In this document: positions 19,259-28,867 of the stretch, in pieces | How positions within the stretch are numbered: position 1 is the first letter of the stretch | How the letters are laid out: every line of letters begins with the position of its first letter | NCBI GenBank assembly: GCA_013166835.1 | Contig: JABLTI010000013.1 | Coordinates: 1 to 41,923, forward strand | Direction: 5' to 3' | Origin: Promethearchaeati archaeon | Lineage (GTDB): Archaea > Asgardarchaeota > Heimdallarchaeia > JABLTI01 | Length of the DNA: 41,923 nt | The notes under the pieces: generated by a model | The model's input: only the letters and a program-made list of their open reading frames with translations | What the model was told of the DNA's origin: nothing | The model's database searches: none | Translations under genes and position numbers: made by a program

Positions 19259-20239
19259 GTGGTAACCTTCTTCAAAGTAGTAGTTCTTGGTGACGGCGGA
19301 ATTGGAAAAACTTCCATATGTAACTATTTGACAACTGGCGAATTCTTTGGTAGCTATAAATTATCAATTGGGGCAGATTTCTTTAGTAAAAAATTAGTGG
19401 TTGATAGTGAGGAAGTAACCTTACAAATATGTGATATTGGCGGACAAGATCAGTTCGCTGAAATCAGCAACATTTTTACCAAGGGTGCACATGGATGCAT
19501 TCTCTGTTATGATACAACACGTCGAGATACTTTAGATTCTTTAGATCGATGGATTGGGAAGCTAGAAGATAACAGTATTCCTAAAGTCTTAGTTAGCACT
19601 AAAAATGATGTAGAAGATCTTCGTGAAGTTTTAGATGAAGAAGGGATTGAGACTGCAAAACGACTTAATATTTCTTTCTATATTCCAACAACAAGCTTGA
19701 AAGGAATAGGAATTACCGAAACTTTTGAAGCTATAAGTACATTAATGCTCTTACACAAAAAAGGAATGGATATGCCTGCAACTGAGTTGGTAGATGTAAC
19801 ACAAGAAAAACAATTAGAAATTCATACAATCTCTGGATCACAACATATGCAAGCTCAACCTTTAGGTATAGGGCGTGTGCCTTCAGCAGCAAATCATCTT
19901 GAAGCACCAATAGCTCCGGTTATTGAAGCAATAAAAGAAGAATACACACCACCTGTCGTTGAACCTACTGAAGCAGAACCATCATTTACTCAACCAATAA
20001 CCCTAACACCACCAGTTGTAGAAGAACATATAGAAGATAGAATCATACCTACTCCAAAAGAAATACAAAGCATAGAACCCCCTACAGAACCAGAAAAAAC
20101 TGCTATACAGCCAATTACTACAATTACTCCACCAATTTCAGAACAAAAGACAAATGATGAAGAGTCCGAAGATAAAGAAAGCACTTCTTTTCTAGACAGA
20201 TTACGTAAAGAGAGAAAGAAAACAGAAGATGAAGAATGA
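19259..20239 (+). CDS. Rab-like small GTPase with long Pro/Glu/Thr-rich C-terminal extension
   Basis: G1 GDGGIGKT, IGADF (RabF1-like), G3 DIGGQ, YD.T, G4 TKND. Confidence 0.9.
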   Translation: MVTFFKVVVLGDGGIGKTSICNYLTTGEFFGSYKLSIGADFFSKKLVVDSEEVTLQICDIGGQDQFAEISNIFTKGAHGCILCYDTTRRDTLDSLDRWIGKLEDNSIPKVLVSTKNDVEDLREVLDEEGIETAKRLNISFYIPTTSLKGIGITETFEAISTLMLLHKKGMDMPATELVDVTQEKQLEIHTISGSQHMQAQPLGIGRVPSAANHLEAPIAPVIEAIKEEYTPPVVEPTEAEPSFTQPITLTPPVVEEHIEDRIIPTPKEIQSIEPPTEPEKTAIQPITTITPPISEQKTNDEESEDKESTSFLDRLRKERKKTEDEE

Positions 20240-20276
20240 ATAGGAACTAAATCTTTTATTCTACTACTTTTATTTA

Positions 20277-20630
20277 TTATTTAATTACCCAAATTTCCGG
20301 ATCTTCAGTAATAGTTACTAATTTTTCTTGTATTGCCCTATATTGCAGAATTAAATTTTTACCATATTCTGTTAATGAAGTCTTTCCTCCACCACCAGTT
20401 CCTCCCCTTTCGCTAATCACTACAGGTTGTTCTAATTGCTCGTTGATTTCAGTTATTAGTTTCCAACCTTTCCTAAATGAAATATTACACTCTTTAGTAG
20501 CCTCCGTGAGGGAATCAGTACGATCAATCGCTTCGAGAATAGCCATCCGTCCGGGACCAAGAATAGAGACACCTTTCCTTTCAATCCAAAATTTTACTTT
20601 AACTGTGAAATCGTGAGGCACTTTTATCAA
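20277..20630 (-). CDS. ModE-type winged-helix regulator (DNA-binding domain only)
   Basis: GPGR..ILEAID.T.SL..A....ISFRKGW, RGG.GGG...LT..G; no molybdate-binding TOBE domain. Confidence 0.85.
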   Translation of the reverse strand: MIKVPHDFTVKVKFWIERKGVSILGPGRMAILEAIDRTDSLTEATKECNISFRKGWKLITEINEQLEQPVVISERGGTGGGGKTSLTEYGKNLILQYRAIQEKLVTITEDPEIWVIK

Positions 20631-20798
20631 CTCAAGTATTCACTAATAAACATTACATAAATATATTATGAATTTTAATGAAAAAATACTAAGAAAGAGA
20701 AATAGCTTTATCAAAACAAAACTTAAAAGGAACAAAGAGTAGATGATTGATATATTTATCAAAAAAGATATAAAACAATTAACCTACCATTACAACTG

Positions 20799-21398
20799 TT
20801 GGAGGAAAATCAATTGGGTTACGAAATGACAAGGCCATCCCAGAAGTGGATTGGTATAGGCTTATTATTTACAGCTTTCGTATTAATGCTCTTCACATTA
20901 GCTGTTCCTTATATTAATCATTTTGGTGAAGAAAACAGTAGATATACTTATTTCACAAGATGGAATGGTCAATGGAAGGAAGGACAACAAACAACTTATA
21001 ATGATCCTGGATTATTATTGGATTTTCCTAATGCCGCCCCCTGGTTTATTGGCTTAGGACTTCTCATAGCATTTATTGGAGCAGGATATCTATTCTGGTT
21101 AACTTATTCAAATAAAGCTTGTTACTTTACTCGGGAAAAACCGGGACCTATTGGTGGTAGTGTAGCACTTGTTGGCATAATATTCTATTTCATTGGCAAT
21201 TTTCTTTATGAGCACTGGGCTACAGGAACACCACGACCTTTAATTGGTTGGCCAGCTGATTCAGATTTTATTATCTCAACTGTTCGACTGTCACCAACAT
21301 TTTGGGTTGGTATCGCTTTAGGTGTTATAGCAATAGCATTAACTGCAATGAATATACTATATTATTTCGATACAATATCAAAGCGTCCTGTAAAATAA
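20799..21398 (+). CDS. Hypothetical 4-TM membrane protein
   Basis: Four hydrophobic helices with larger first and second outside loops; probable start ATG 20826. Confidence 0.7.
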   Translation: MEENQLGYEMTRPSQKWIGIGLLFTAFVLMLFTLAVPYINHFGEENSRYTYFTRWNGQWKEGQQTTYNDPGLLLDFPNAAPWFIGLGLLIAFIGAGYLFWLTYSNKACYFTREKPGPIGGSVALVGIIFYFIGNFLYEHWATGTPRPLIGWPADSDFIISTVRLSPTFWVGIALGVIAIALTAMNILYYFDTISKRPVK

Positions 21399-21468
21399 GT
21401 GAAATCCTCTATAATAGAGGATTTATATTTTCTTATTTTTTATTTTTGGAATTTATTATGATATCACA

Positions 21469-22650
21469 TTATTTTAGACTTCTTCTTATAGAACCCTTGA
21501 TTTTTGGGAATGTTAAACCACAAGCATCACAAGTTTCCCATACTAGACCATTAATTAAATCACCAGTGTTATACCGAATAAACACAGTTCCACGCCAATC
21601 AATATGACTGAAACATAAATATCCTGGTTCTCCTGCTTCTACAGGTTCTAATGAATTTTTATCCAAAACTTCCCAATAGAAATACCTTGGATTTAGATGT
21701 ATGCCACTGTTTTCAGAGCATTCGTAGAATGTACCTTTAGTACGATTATTTGTGTAACTTTCAATAATTTCAGGTGTTGAACCTAGTTCTGCAAAAAGAC
21801 TCTTTATCTCAGCTTCTGTTTCTTGTAATAATGGTTCTCCTGTTAATAAACAGACTTTGAAACTACTAATCTTGTTTATTTCTTTTTTACTCAATTTTTC
21901 TATAGCTGAAGTCAACCATTTTTTAGTTAAAGTGGGTGTTCCTAAAAACAACTCAAAAGTAATATTGTTTGCTAATTTAAATTGCTCTTTTGGAGATGTC
22001 TGTTTATCACCACAAGTAAAGAATGTTCCTCCACCGACTGAGAGTGGTGCCCAAACACTTTGGAAAAAACTAACAGAAGGTGATGCTGGCATTATATTGA
22101 AAACCTCCCAATTTGCTCTAAAACCGGTCATATACAAATGAGCAACAATCTCTGGAATATTAACCAATAAGTCACGTTTTGTGTAAGCAATTAAGGCAGG
22201 TTGTTTTGAACCACTTGTATTGTGAAAGTGAACAGGCAACCACTCATTCACAGCTTCCATTATTATGCGTTCTTCTTCACCAACAGGTTCCTTTGCAAAC
22301 ACACCTCTGAGATACGTTTTATTAAGAGCCTTCAACCAATACTTAAAAGATTGAAATGGGGATAATGATTCTGTTTCAAAATTGCATTCCCACCATTCAG
22401 GTTCGAATGGTTTTAGGATAAACTTCTCAGGATTTTTCATGTGGTCGGATTTTGTGGTTAGGGGGATTTTCTGGAAGTCTGTGATACTATCTATCCATTT
22501 TGGATCAATATTATGGGTTTGGAACCATTCACGATAAAAAGGACTGTATTTTGCTACAACCTTCTGTAAATAAACAATGAGTCTATTTTCAGCTTTTCTT
22601 TTCTGCTTCTCAATACTCCAACGATAGTTGTAAGATGCCAATAATTTCAC
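21469..22650 (-). CDS. Phenylacetate-CoA ligase/F390-synthetase-like adenylate-forming protein, C-terminal subdomain absent
   Basis: SPFYR, IPLTTK, GTPT, TGEP, EC....GIH, GEPG.L, RYNTGD, CDACG; ends at the hinge. Confidence 0.75.
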   Translation of the reverse strand: MKLLASYNYRWSIEKQKRKAENRLIVYLQKVVAKYSPFYREWFQTHNIDPKWIDSITDFQKIPLTTKSDHMKNPEKFILKPFEPEWWECNFETESLSPFQSFKYWLKALNKTYLRGVFAKEPVGEEERIIMEAVNEWLPVHFHNTSGSKQPALIAYTKRDLLVNIPEIVAHLYMTGFRANWEVFNIMPASPSVSFFQSVWAPLSVGGGTFFTCGDKQTSPKEQFKLANNITFELFLGTPTLTKKWLTSAIEKLSKKEINKISSFKVCLLTGEPLLQETEAEIKSLFAELGSTPEIIESYTNNRTKGTFYECSENSGIHLNPRYFYWEVLDKNSLEPVEAGEPGYLCFSHIDWRGTVFIRYNTGDLINGLVWETCDACGLTFPKIKGSIRRSLK

Positions 22651-22807
22651 CTTTAATTCACTTAAGATTATACAAACAAGAAATGATATTTCTTATTCAA
22701 AATAAATATTTTCTGAAGAACACATCATTTGAAAGAGTAGAGTGTAAAAGAATTTAAAAAACAGCCTTAAATTGTTTAAATGAAAAACTCTCTTGTTGGT
22801 TTCTACA

Positions 22808-23845
22808 ATGGCGAAGAAAATTGGTATATTAACAAGTGGTGGAGATGCACCAGGCTTAAATCCTGTTATTGCAGGTTATACAAAAACAGCCATAAAGAAT
22901 GGTTATGAGGTCATAGGTTTTCTTGATGGCTGGAAGGGATTAATTGAAGGGCACTATGAGAAGCTAACCTTAGATCGCGTTAAGGAAATAGTCCAAGAAG
23001 GAGGTACTATCTTAGGTTCATCAAGAACTAATCCTCGAAAAGAAGAAAAAGGGTTTGAGAGAATTTTTGATACATTGAAGAAATTAGATATTTATGCCTT
23101 TGCTGCATGTGGCGGTGATGATACACTCGGAGTTGCTAAGGAACTCAATGAGAAAGGAGCTAATGTTGTTGGTGTACCTAAAACAATAGATAATGACCTT
23201 GAAGCAACAGATCAAACTTTTGGGTTTGATACTTCGATAAATATCGCAATGGATGCAATTGACCGTTTGCGAACAACTGCTCGTTCGCATCATCGAATCT
23301 TTGTTTTGGAATTAATGGGAAGACATTCAGGATGGATTGCTTTAGAAGCTGGAATGGCTGGAAATGCGAATGCAGTTATTATTCCAGAATTCGATTATCC
23401 ATTAGCTGAATTATGTGAATTATTAAAGAAACGACATGAAGGTATACGCACTTATAGTATTGTTGTAGTTGCAGAGGGTGTTATCTTTCCGGAAATGAAA
23501 GAAAAGGTCGAAAAAGCTGGTAAAGATTCTTTTGGTAATGTTATTCTAGCAAATTTGAAAGTAGGAGAATTTTTAGCTGATGAAATAAAAGAACGCACTG
23601 GACTCCCAGTACGCGCTGTAACTTTAGGGCATATACAAAGAGGTGGACCACCAAGTGCTTATGATAGATTTTTGGGGTTAAGATATGGTGCAAAAGCAGC
23701 TGAATTAATTCATACTGGAAAATTTGGTCGCATGACAAGTCTTCAAGGAACAAATATTGCAGATGTTCCTATTGAAAAAGCCGTTGCTAAACGAAAAGTT
23801 GTATCCAAAGAATTGTGGTTATTAGCGAAATCATTTTTTGGTTAA
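22808..23845 (+). CDS. pfkA: 6-phosphofructokinase, PfkA family, PPi-dependent signature
   Basis: TSGGDAPGLN, GGTILGSSR, GGDDT, PKTIDND, ELMGR, LGHIQRGG. Confidence 0.95.
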   Translation: MAKKIGILTSGGDAPGLNPVIAGYTKTAIKNGYEVIGFLDGWKGLIEGHYEKLTLDRVKEIVQEGGTILGSSRTNPRKEEKGFERIFDTLKKLDIYAFAACGGDDTLGVAKELNEKGANVVGVPKTIDNDLEATDQTFGFDTSINIAMDAIDRLRTTARSHHRIFVLELMGRHSGWIALEAGMAGNANAVIIPEFDYPLAELCELLKKRHEGIRTYSIVVVAEGVIFPEMKEKVEKAGKDSFGNVILANLKVGEFLADEIKERTGLPVRAVTLGHIQRGGPPSAYDRFLGLRYGAKAAELIHTGKFGRMTSLQGTNIADVPIEKAVAKRKVVSKELWLLAKSFFG

Positions 23846-23863
23846 CTTTTTGTTTTTTCCTTT
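23846..23863 (+). terminator. Oligo-T archaeal-type terminator after pfk
   Basis: ctttttgttttttccttt directly after the stop codon. Confidence 0.45.
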
Positions 23864-23991
23864 CATGTATACAAGGGTTTATAGGTTTAGTTGTAAAGGT
23901 ATGTAATTGTATGTAGATTAGTCTTTTTAATTAAAGAGATTAAACTATAGTTATTGATAGTCTTGTATAAGATAGAAAGAGGACGCCGTTT

Positions 23992-25419
23992 ATGATATTA
24001 GTATATGATAAAGAACAACCTGATAGCAAACCCCTAACATTAAATGTAATTGATACTCACACACATCTCGGCAAAGAAGAGGTGGTAAGGGGCAAAGGTA
24101 AGGATTATCGAATTATAAGACCAAAAGATCACTTAGATTTCTATGAGAAGTTAAAGTTCGATGTTTTTCAAAGAATTAATGCTTATCCTGAGGATTATGC
24201 TTACGCTATGCCAGAGGATCCAAAAGAGTTCAGTTTACCAGCAACGCAACTTCAAAAATTGATCTTTAAAGAAAAAAGAACAACTCAGAATCTAGGTTGG
24301 TTTGCAGACAAAATCGTCACTTTTCCATTACATGATATATTGCAATCTAAGACTGATCCACATTTTAAGAAATCAAATGATTATATATTAACTAGAGCTC
24401 AAACTTTAGAATATGGGTCACGACTTGTACCATTTTGTAGAGTGGACCCCAGAGATGAAGAAAAAGCTATAGATGAAATCGAGCGTTGTATTGAATATGG
24501 TGCCAGAGGATTAAAGCTTCACCCATTGTCTGAAGAATGGATTGAAGAAATTGTAAGCGACAAAGTTATTGACGTCGTACGTACTGCAGTTGATAATAAA
24601 CTACCAGTACTCTTTGATTGTCAGAACTATAAAACAGCTGAAGAAATTCACCAAGTAGCCATGGAAGTACGAGCACAGAGTAAAAACAAAGATTTTACTT
24701 TAATTGTAGGACATTTTGGTTTTGATTATCTAACTCCAGGAATGTACGAAATTTTAAGTGATCCAAATATTAAAACAGAAACTTCGGGCATGCGCGGGGA
24801 TGATTGCGAAGTTTTCTACAAAAATTGTTTAGATCTTGTTGATGATTGGTATTTTTCAACTATGTATGGTTCAGATCATAGTTACTTTAGTGTTCCTCAA
24901 GCAAGCGATCATATAACTTTTCTATTTTCAAATACTGCAAAAGATTTAGGGATTTCATTTGAGCATATCAGACACATCTTGGGAATTAATGCTCTTCGAA
25001 TTTTGAAGATTTATTGGCCAACGAAAGTGATTAATAGAAAAGGTGTTAGTAAATCAAAAGTTACTTGGGGAGACTTCAATAAAATAATGGATTGTACAAA
25101 ATATGAGGATTTAGCAAAAACTGTAACAGATTTATCTGAAATCTCTGGTGTGTATTTTAACACAGATTCTTTGTTTGATCCATCTGGTGAAAATGTCTAT
25201 GAGGAACTCTTTATTCTCAATATTTTTGCTGATATTATTGATCTTCGACGTAGTTTCGTAGTGCAACATTCTGATGATAACAAGCTTAAAATTTCAGAAA
25301 TTACAAAACTTATGGATTTCGCATCCAAGATAACTCAGATACTAGAAGAAGAGGATGAAACATATCCATTTACTCAACAGTATTTGTTTGATTATTTATT
25401 ACATCAAAAACCAAAATGA
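23992..25419 (+). CDS. Amidohydrolase-superfamily (Amidohydro_2-like) metallohydrolase with C-terminal extension
   Basis: IDTHTH, FCRVDP, GARGLKLHP, IVGHFG, YGSD, GINALRIL; GAGG upstream. Confidence 0.85.
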   Translation: MILVYDKEQPDSKPLTLNVIDTHTHLGKEEVVRGKGKDYRIIRPKDHLDFYEKLKFDVFQRINAYPEDYAYAMPEDPKEFSLPATQLQKLIFKEKRTTQNLGWFADKIVTFPLHDILQSKTDPHFKKSNDYILTRAQTLEYGSRLVPFCRVDPRDEEKAIDEIERCIEYGARGLKLHPLSEEWIEEIVSDKVIDVVRTAVDNKLPVLFDCQNYKTAEEIHQVAMEVRAQSKNKDFTLIVGHFGFDYLTPGMYEILSDPNIKTETSGMRGDDCEVFYKNCLDLVDDWYFSTMYGSDHSYFSVPQASDHITFLFSNTAKDLGISFEHIRHILGINALRILKIYWPTKVINRKGVSKSKVTWGDFNKIMDCTKYEDLAKTVTDLSEISGVYFNTDSLFDPSGENVYEELFILNIFADIIDLRRSFVVQHSDDNKLKISEITKLMDFASKITQILEEEDETYPFTQQYLFDYLLHQKPK

Positions 25420-25452
25420 GTTTAATCAAGCCCTAAAAGTAAGTGAAAAACA

Positions 25453-28400
25453 ATGAGTAATCCCTCCAATAAAATTCCAACAACCAATAAAACCAATACT
25501 TTACGTAAATTGGTTTTTTCACATGGAATTGAGGTTGAGAATTTTATTACTAATAAAAGAGGAGACATACTCGAAGATGGAAAAGAATTAGTTGCTGTAT
25601 GGGATCAAATGTTCAATGGAGCGTTAAATTTCCTAAAATCTCTTACTAGTAGTTCCACAAATGTGCCTGAATACATCCGTAGAAAAATAAAAAGAGTAAC
25701 TCGAAAAGATGTTAAAAGGCATGGTAAAATAATCAGATATGTACAGATTCATTATCAATTTAATGGTAAAACAATAGCAATCAATGTTTTTGGACCAGAC
25801 CCAAATATTTCTCAAATCACATGGTTACTTGAACTAGTTACTCCCCCATGTGAGTACTTTGAGGAATTGGATTGGTGGATTAATACCCTTTATTTAGCAG
25901 CATCAAGGTCTTTGACGAAAGGATATAATATACAACCTCTAGGATTTAATCCTTATCAAACTGAGTACCGAGCAGGTGTAACTTGTGGTGAACATCATCA
26001 CCTTGGAGGATTTAAGAGTCCAAAAGAAAAGAAAGCCGCGTACAATATGGTAAGAGCTTATATTCCACATCTAATTGCTCTTTCAAATACATCACCTTTT
26101 ATCGATGGAAAACCGGATGGTAGAACTATTCTGAAAAAAGGAGAAGATGGCAGAACGTTAATTCTAGCTCCTGATTGTGTCAGAAGTCAAAGATTAAAAG
26201 AAAATTCAGGACAACTTGGACCAAATATCCCTGAATATTTACCTTATGTTGGACCTTCTTTCACAAGGCAACAATTTTCAAGATATGTAAGAAAGGAAGT
26301 GCCTGACGATCGATACGTGGATGCATTTCCATTTACTACTTATGATACTATTGAGTTTCGATTTTTTGATGTTCAATATGATCAGAATATTAGAAAATCA
26401 ATCATAATAGTACTACAAGCACTTGCATTAAAAGCAGTCAAGCTTACTCGAGCAGGAAAAACTATTCCTGATGTAAAAGGCAACACATTATATGAACACC
26501 GAAAAAGAGCAGTAAATTTCGGTATGTTCGCCAAATTTCAAGGAGACCCGAGTATCGAATCTTTAGGCGGGCAATTTGTAAAACATTATAATCACAATCC
26601 CGAAACAGGTGGACCTCCTGGAAAAATTTACGAATCTTTAAGGTCAATGATGATATGGTTAAAGCCAGAATTCATTGATTTAAAAATAAATGAAAACGAT
26701 CTTACATCCATTTTAATCATGTTATGGGGAACCGCAAGAATTGCCCCTCCCATCTCCGCTGCAACATATATGTTTTATTTATATGAAAAAAATCATGGGA
26801 ATATTGCTAATGTAATAAATTCATTAGCTTTAATCAATGGCAAACCTCGCAAATCATTTTCAGAAGTATTAGGTAGACCTCAATATTCAATGTCAAACCT
26901 AATTTCAACAAAAGTAGCTAAACCAGTTCAGACAGCAGATACAACTAGAAGTTCCTTAGCGAGAAAGCTACAACTAGAGTCAAGACAACGACGCAAAAAA
27001 ACAATGGTGAAAGAAAAAGCGAGATTGAAAGCAAAACAAAGTCTTAAAACAAAAATGATACGGGAGAATGTGAAGAAAGAGAGAGAAATAGAAAAGAAAC
27101 GACAAGATCGACTAAGGCAACTTGAAAAGGCTAAAAAACCTCCTCCAAGACCTTTAAGAGCATCATCCTCTGCTACCAGAACATCATCAAGCATCTATAA
27201 AACTAAAATACCTGTTAGCAAAAGTAGAGTTCCACCGAGAAAAACAGTTTCCGTAAAAACTACAAAAAGAATTACGCCCACAAAATCAGCAAAAAAACCT
27301 CTTACTAAAACTCAGAAAATCTCTTCTAAACCCAAGCAACCAAAAAGAAAACCAACCAAAAAAGCTATGGCTAAAAGAGCTCCTCCTTCCAAAAGTGTAG
27401 TTAGAAAGCAACCGAGCAAGAAGAAAGTCCTAACAAAATCAGCAATTTCTAACAGATCCAAATCCATCCATACAACCAGGAAGAAGCCTGTTCAAGCATA
27501 TGCATCAACAGCATCTAGAAGCGCATATTCAAGAAAACAGATTAAGCTTCCACAACCAACAATAAAAAAACGAACGACAGCAAAAACCGTTACTAGAAAA
27601 AAGAGTACACCAAAGAAAGCGACAGCATCAACAAAAGCTGTATCTACACAAATGATACTTCAATATGAATCATATAGAGATACTAAGTTCATAAGAAGTT
27701 TATCAATATCAAATATGCCTTCAAGAATTGATTACAGCACTATCATACCTGTTATTAAATTAAAATGGAGAAAATCAATTATTCAATCAATGTTAACATA
27801 TCCAATAAAAATTGAAGCACAAGTTTCTGCTCTTGAAAAAAGAAACAAGTTCAAAGCAACTGCTTTTCAAGAGACTATTAAATTGGAGAAATCATCCTTA
27901 AAAGACACTTGTTACTTACCAATTCCAATTAATCTTAACAATTCGACAGGGGAATTTCAAGTAAAATTTATTGTTAGAGATGGTAAAAAGAGCAATATTT
28001 TAGGGACAGAATATCGAACTTTTAATCGTATAAAAATTCCAAGTGATAAGAAGCATCAGATTACAAGATTAAGTATTCCACCAAACCAAGTTGGAGATTC
28101 AAAAGTTAACATTATAGTAAATGCTTCAAAGAATAACTCAAGAGGAAAGATTACTCTTTGGGGTATTTCACAACGAGGAATTATGAAATTTTATGAGAAA
28201 AAGGCAAAGTTTAGACAAAGAAAAATTTCTCTAGACATACCTGTTCTTATACCACCAAGTATGTGTTCCTCACAATGGATGTTATATTTAGTGTTTAATG
28301 CAAGAGGAACGAGTATTTCAGCATACACAAAAACACCTCCTCCGCTATCAAAGGTTATTAATTTTAGTTTAAGTGGTAACCCACCCTTAAGATCAAGAGT

Positions 28401-28728
28401 TTATTCGGATTTCCATGCAGAATTAACTCCCAAACTCATTTTTAAGACTAGATGTGAAATCAGTGAAATCGAAATTCTACAGGTTGAAAATAATAATAGT
28501 ATGAAAAATCTCAAGAAATACCGATTAAAATCAAGAATTAACAAAGGAGAGAAATTTGTTTTGGAATCCTTTGAATGGAAAGCACCATCTATGCGAAAAG
28601 GCCTCTTTGGTTCTCATAAACAAAAATCAGTAGAATTCTATTGTCGTATTGTTGATAACTTAGGGGAAATAAATGATTCTTTAATTGGTAAAGTTGAAAC
28701 ACCAATAATTACCGTGTTCAAGAAGTGA
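25453..28728 (+). CDS. Carboxylate-amine ligase (GCS2/YbdK-like) fused to polybasic low-complexity linker and beta-rich C-terminal domains
   Basis: HGIEVE, LELVTPP, GEHHHLG, LIALS..SPF..G, TIEFRFFD; residues about 490-735 K/R/S/T/P-rich. Confidence 0.8.
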   Translation: MSNPSNKIPTTNKTNTLRKLVFSHGIEVENFITNKRGDILEDGKELVAVWDQMFNGALNFLKSLTSSSTNVPEYIRRKIKRVTRKDVKRHGKIIRYVQIHYQFNGKTIAINVFGPDPNISQITWLLELVTPPCEYFEELDWWINTLYLAASRSLTKGYNIQPLGFNPYQTEYRAGVTCGEHHHLGGFKSPKEKKAAYNMVRAYIPHLIALSNTSPFIDGKPDGRTILKKGEDGRTLILAPDCVRSQRLKENSGQLGPNIPEYLPYVGPSFTRQQFSRYVRKEVPDDRYVDAFPFTTYDTIEFRFFDVQYDQNIRKSIIIVLQALALKAVKLTRAGKTIPDVKGNTLYEHRKRAVNFGMFAKFQGDPSIESLGGQFVKHYNHNPETGGPPGKIYESLRSMMIWLKPEFIDLKINENDLTSILIMLWGTARIAPPISAATYMFYLYEKNHGNIANVINSLALINGKPRKSFSEVLGRPQYSMSNLISTKVAKPVQTADTTRSSLARKLQLESRQRRKKTMVKEKARLKAKQSLKTKMIRENVKKEREIEKKRQDRLRQLEKAKKPPPRPLRASSSATRTSSSIYKTKIPVSKSRVPPRKTVSVKTTKRITPTKSAKKPLTKTQKISSKPKQPKRKPTKKAMAKRAPPSKSVVRKQPSKKKVLTKSAISNRSKSIHTTRKKPVQAYASTASRSAYSRKQIKLPQPTIKKRTTAKTVTRKKSTPKKATASTKAVSTQMILQYESYRDTKFIRSLSISNMPSRIDYSTIIPVIKLKWRKSIIQSMLTYPIKIEAQVSALEKRNKFKATAFQETIKLEKSSLKDTCYLPIPINLNNSTGEFQVKFIVRDGKKSNILGTEYRTFNRIKIPSDKKHQITRLSIPPNQVGDSKVNIIVNASKNNSRGKITLWGISQRGIMKFYEKKAKFRQRKISLDIPVLIPPSMCSSQWMLYLVFNARGTSISAYTKTPPPLSKVINFSLSGNPPLRSRVYSDFHAELTPKLIFKTRCEISEIEILQVENNNSMKNLKKYRLKSRINKGEKFVLESFEWKAPSMRKGLFGSHKQKSVEFYCRIVDNLGEINDSLIGKVETPIITVFKK

Positions 28729-28867
28729 TTTTTTACACTATTTAGTTCTTATTTCTACTTTCTTTTGCTTTTCTTCAAAAAAGTTAAATACAATTGCCAA
28801 AGCAGAAAGGCATAGCTATTTGCTCTAGCGATTTTTCTCTGCAGTTCTCGAGAAAAAAAATAGGAGT

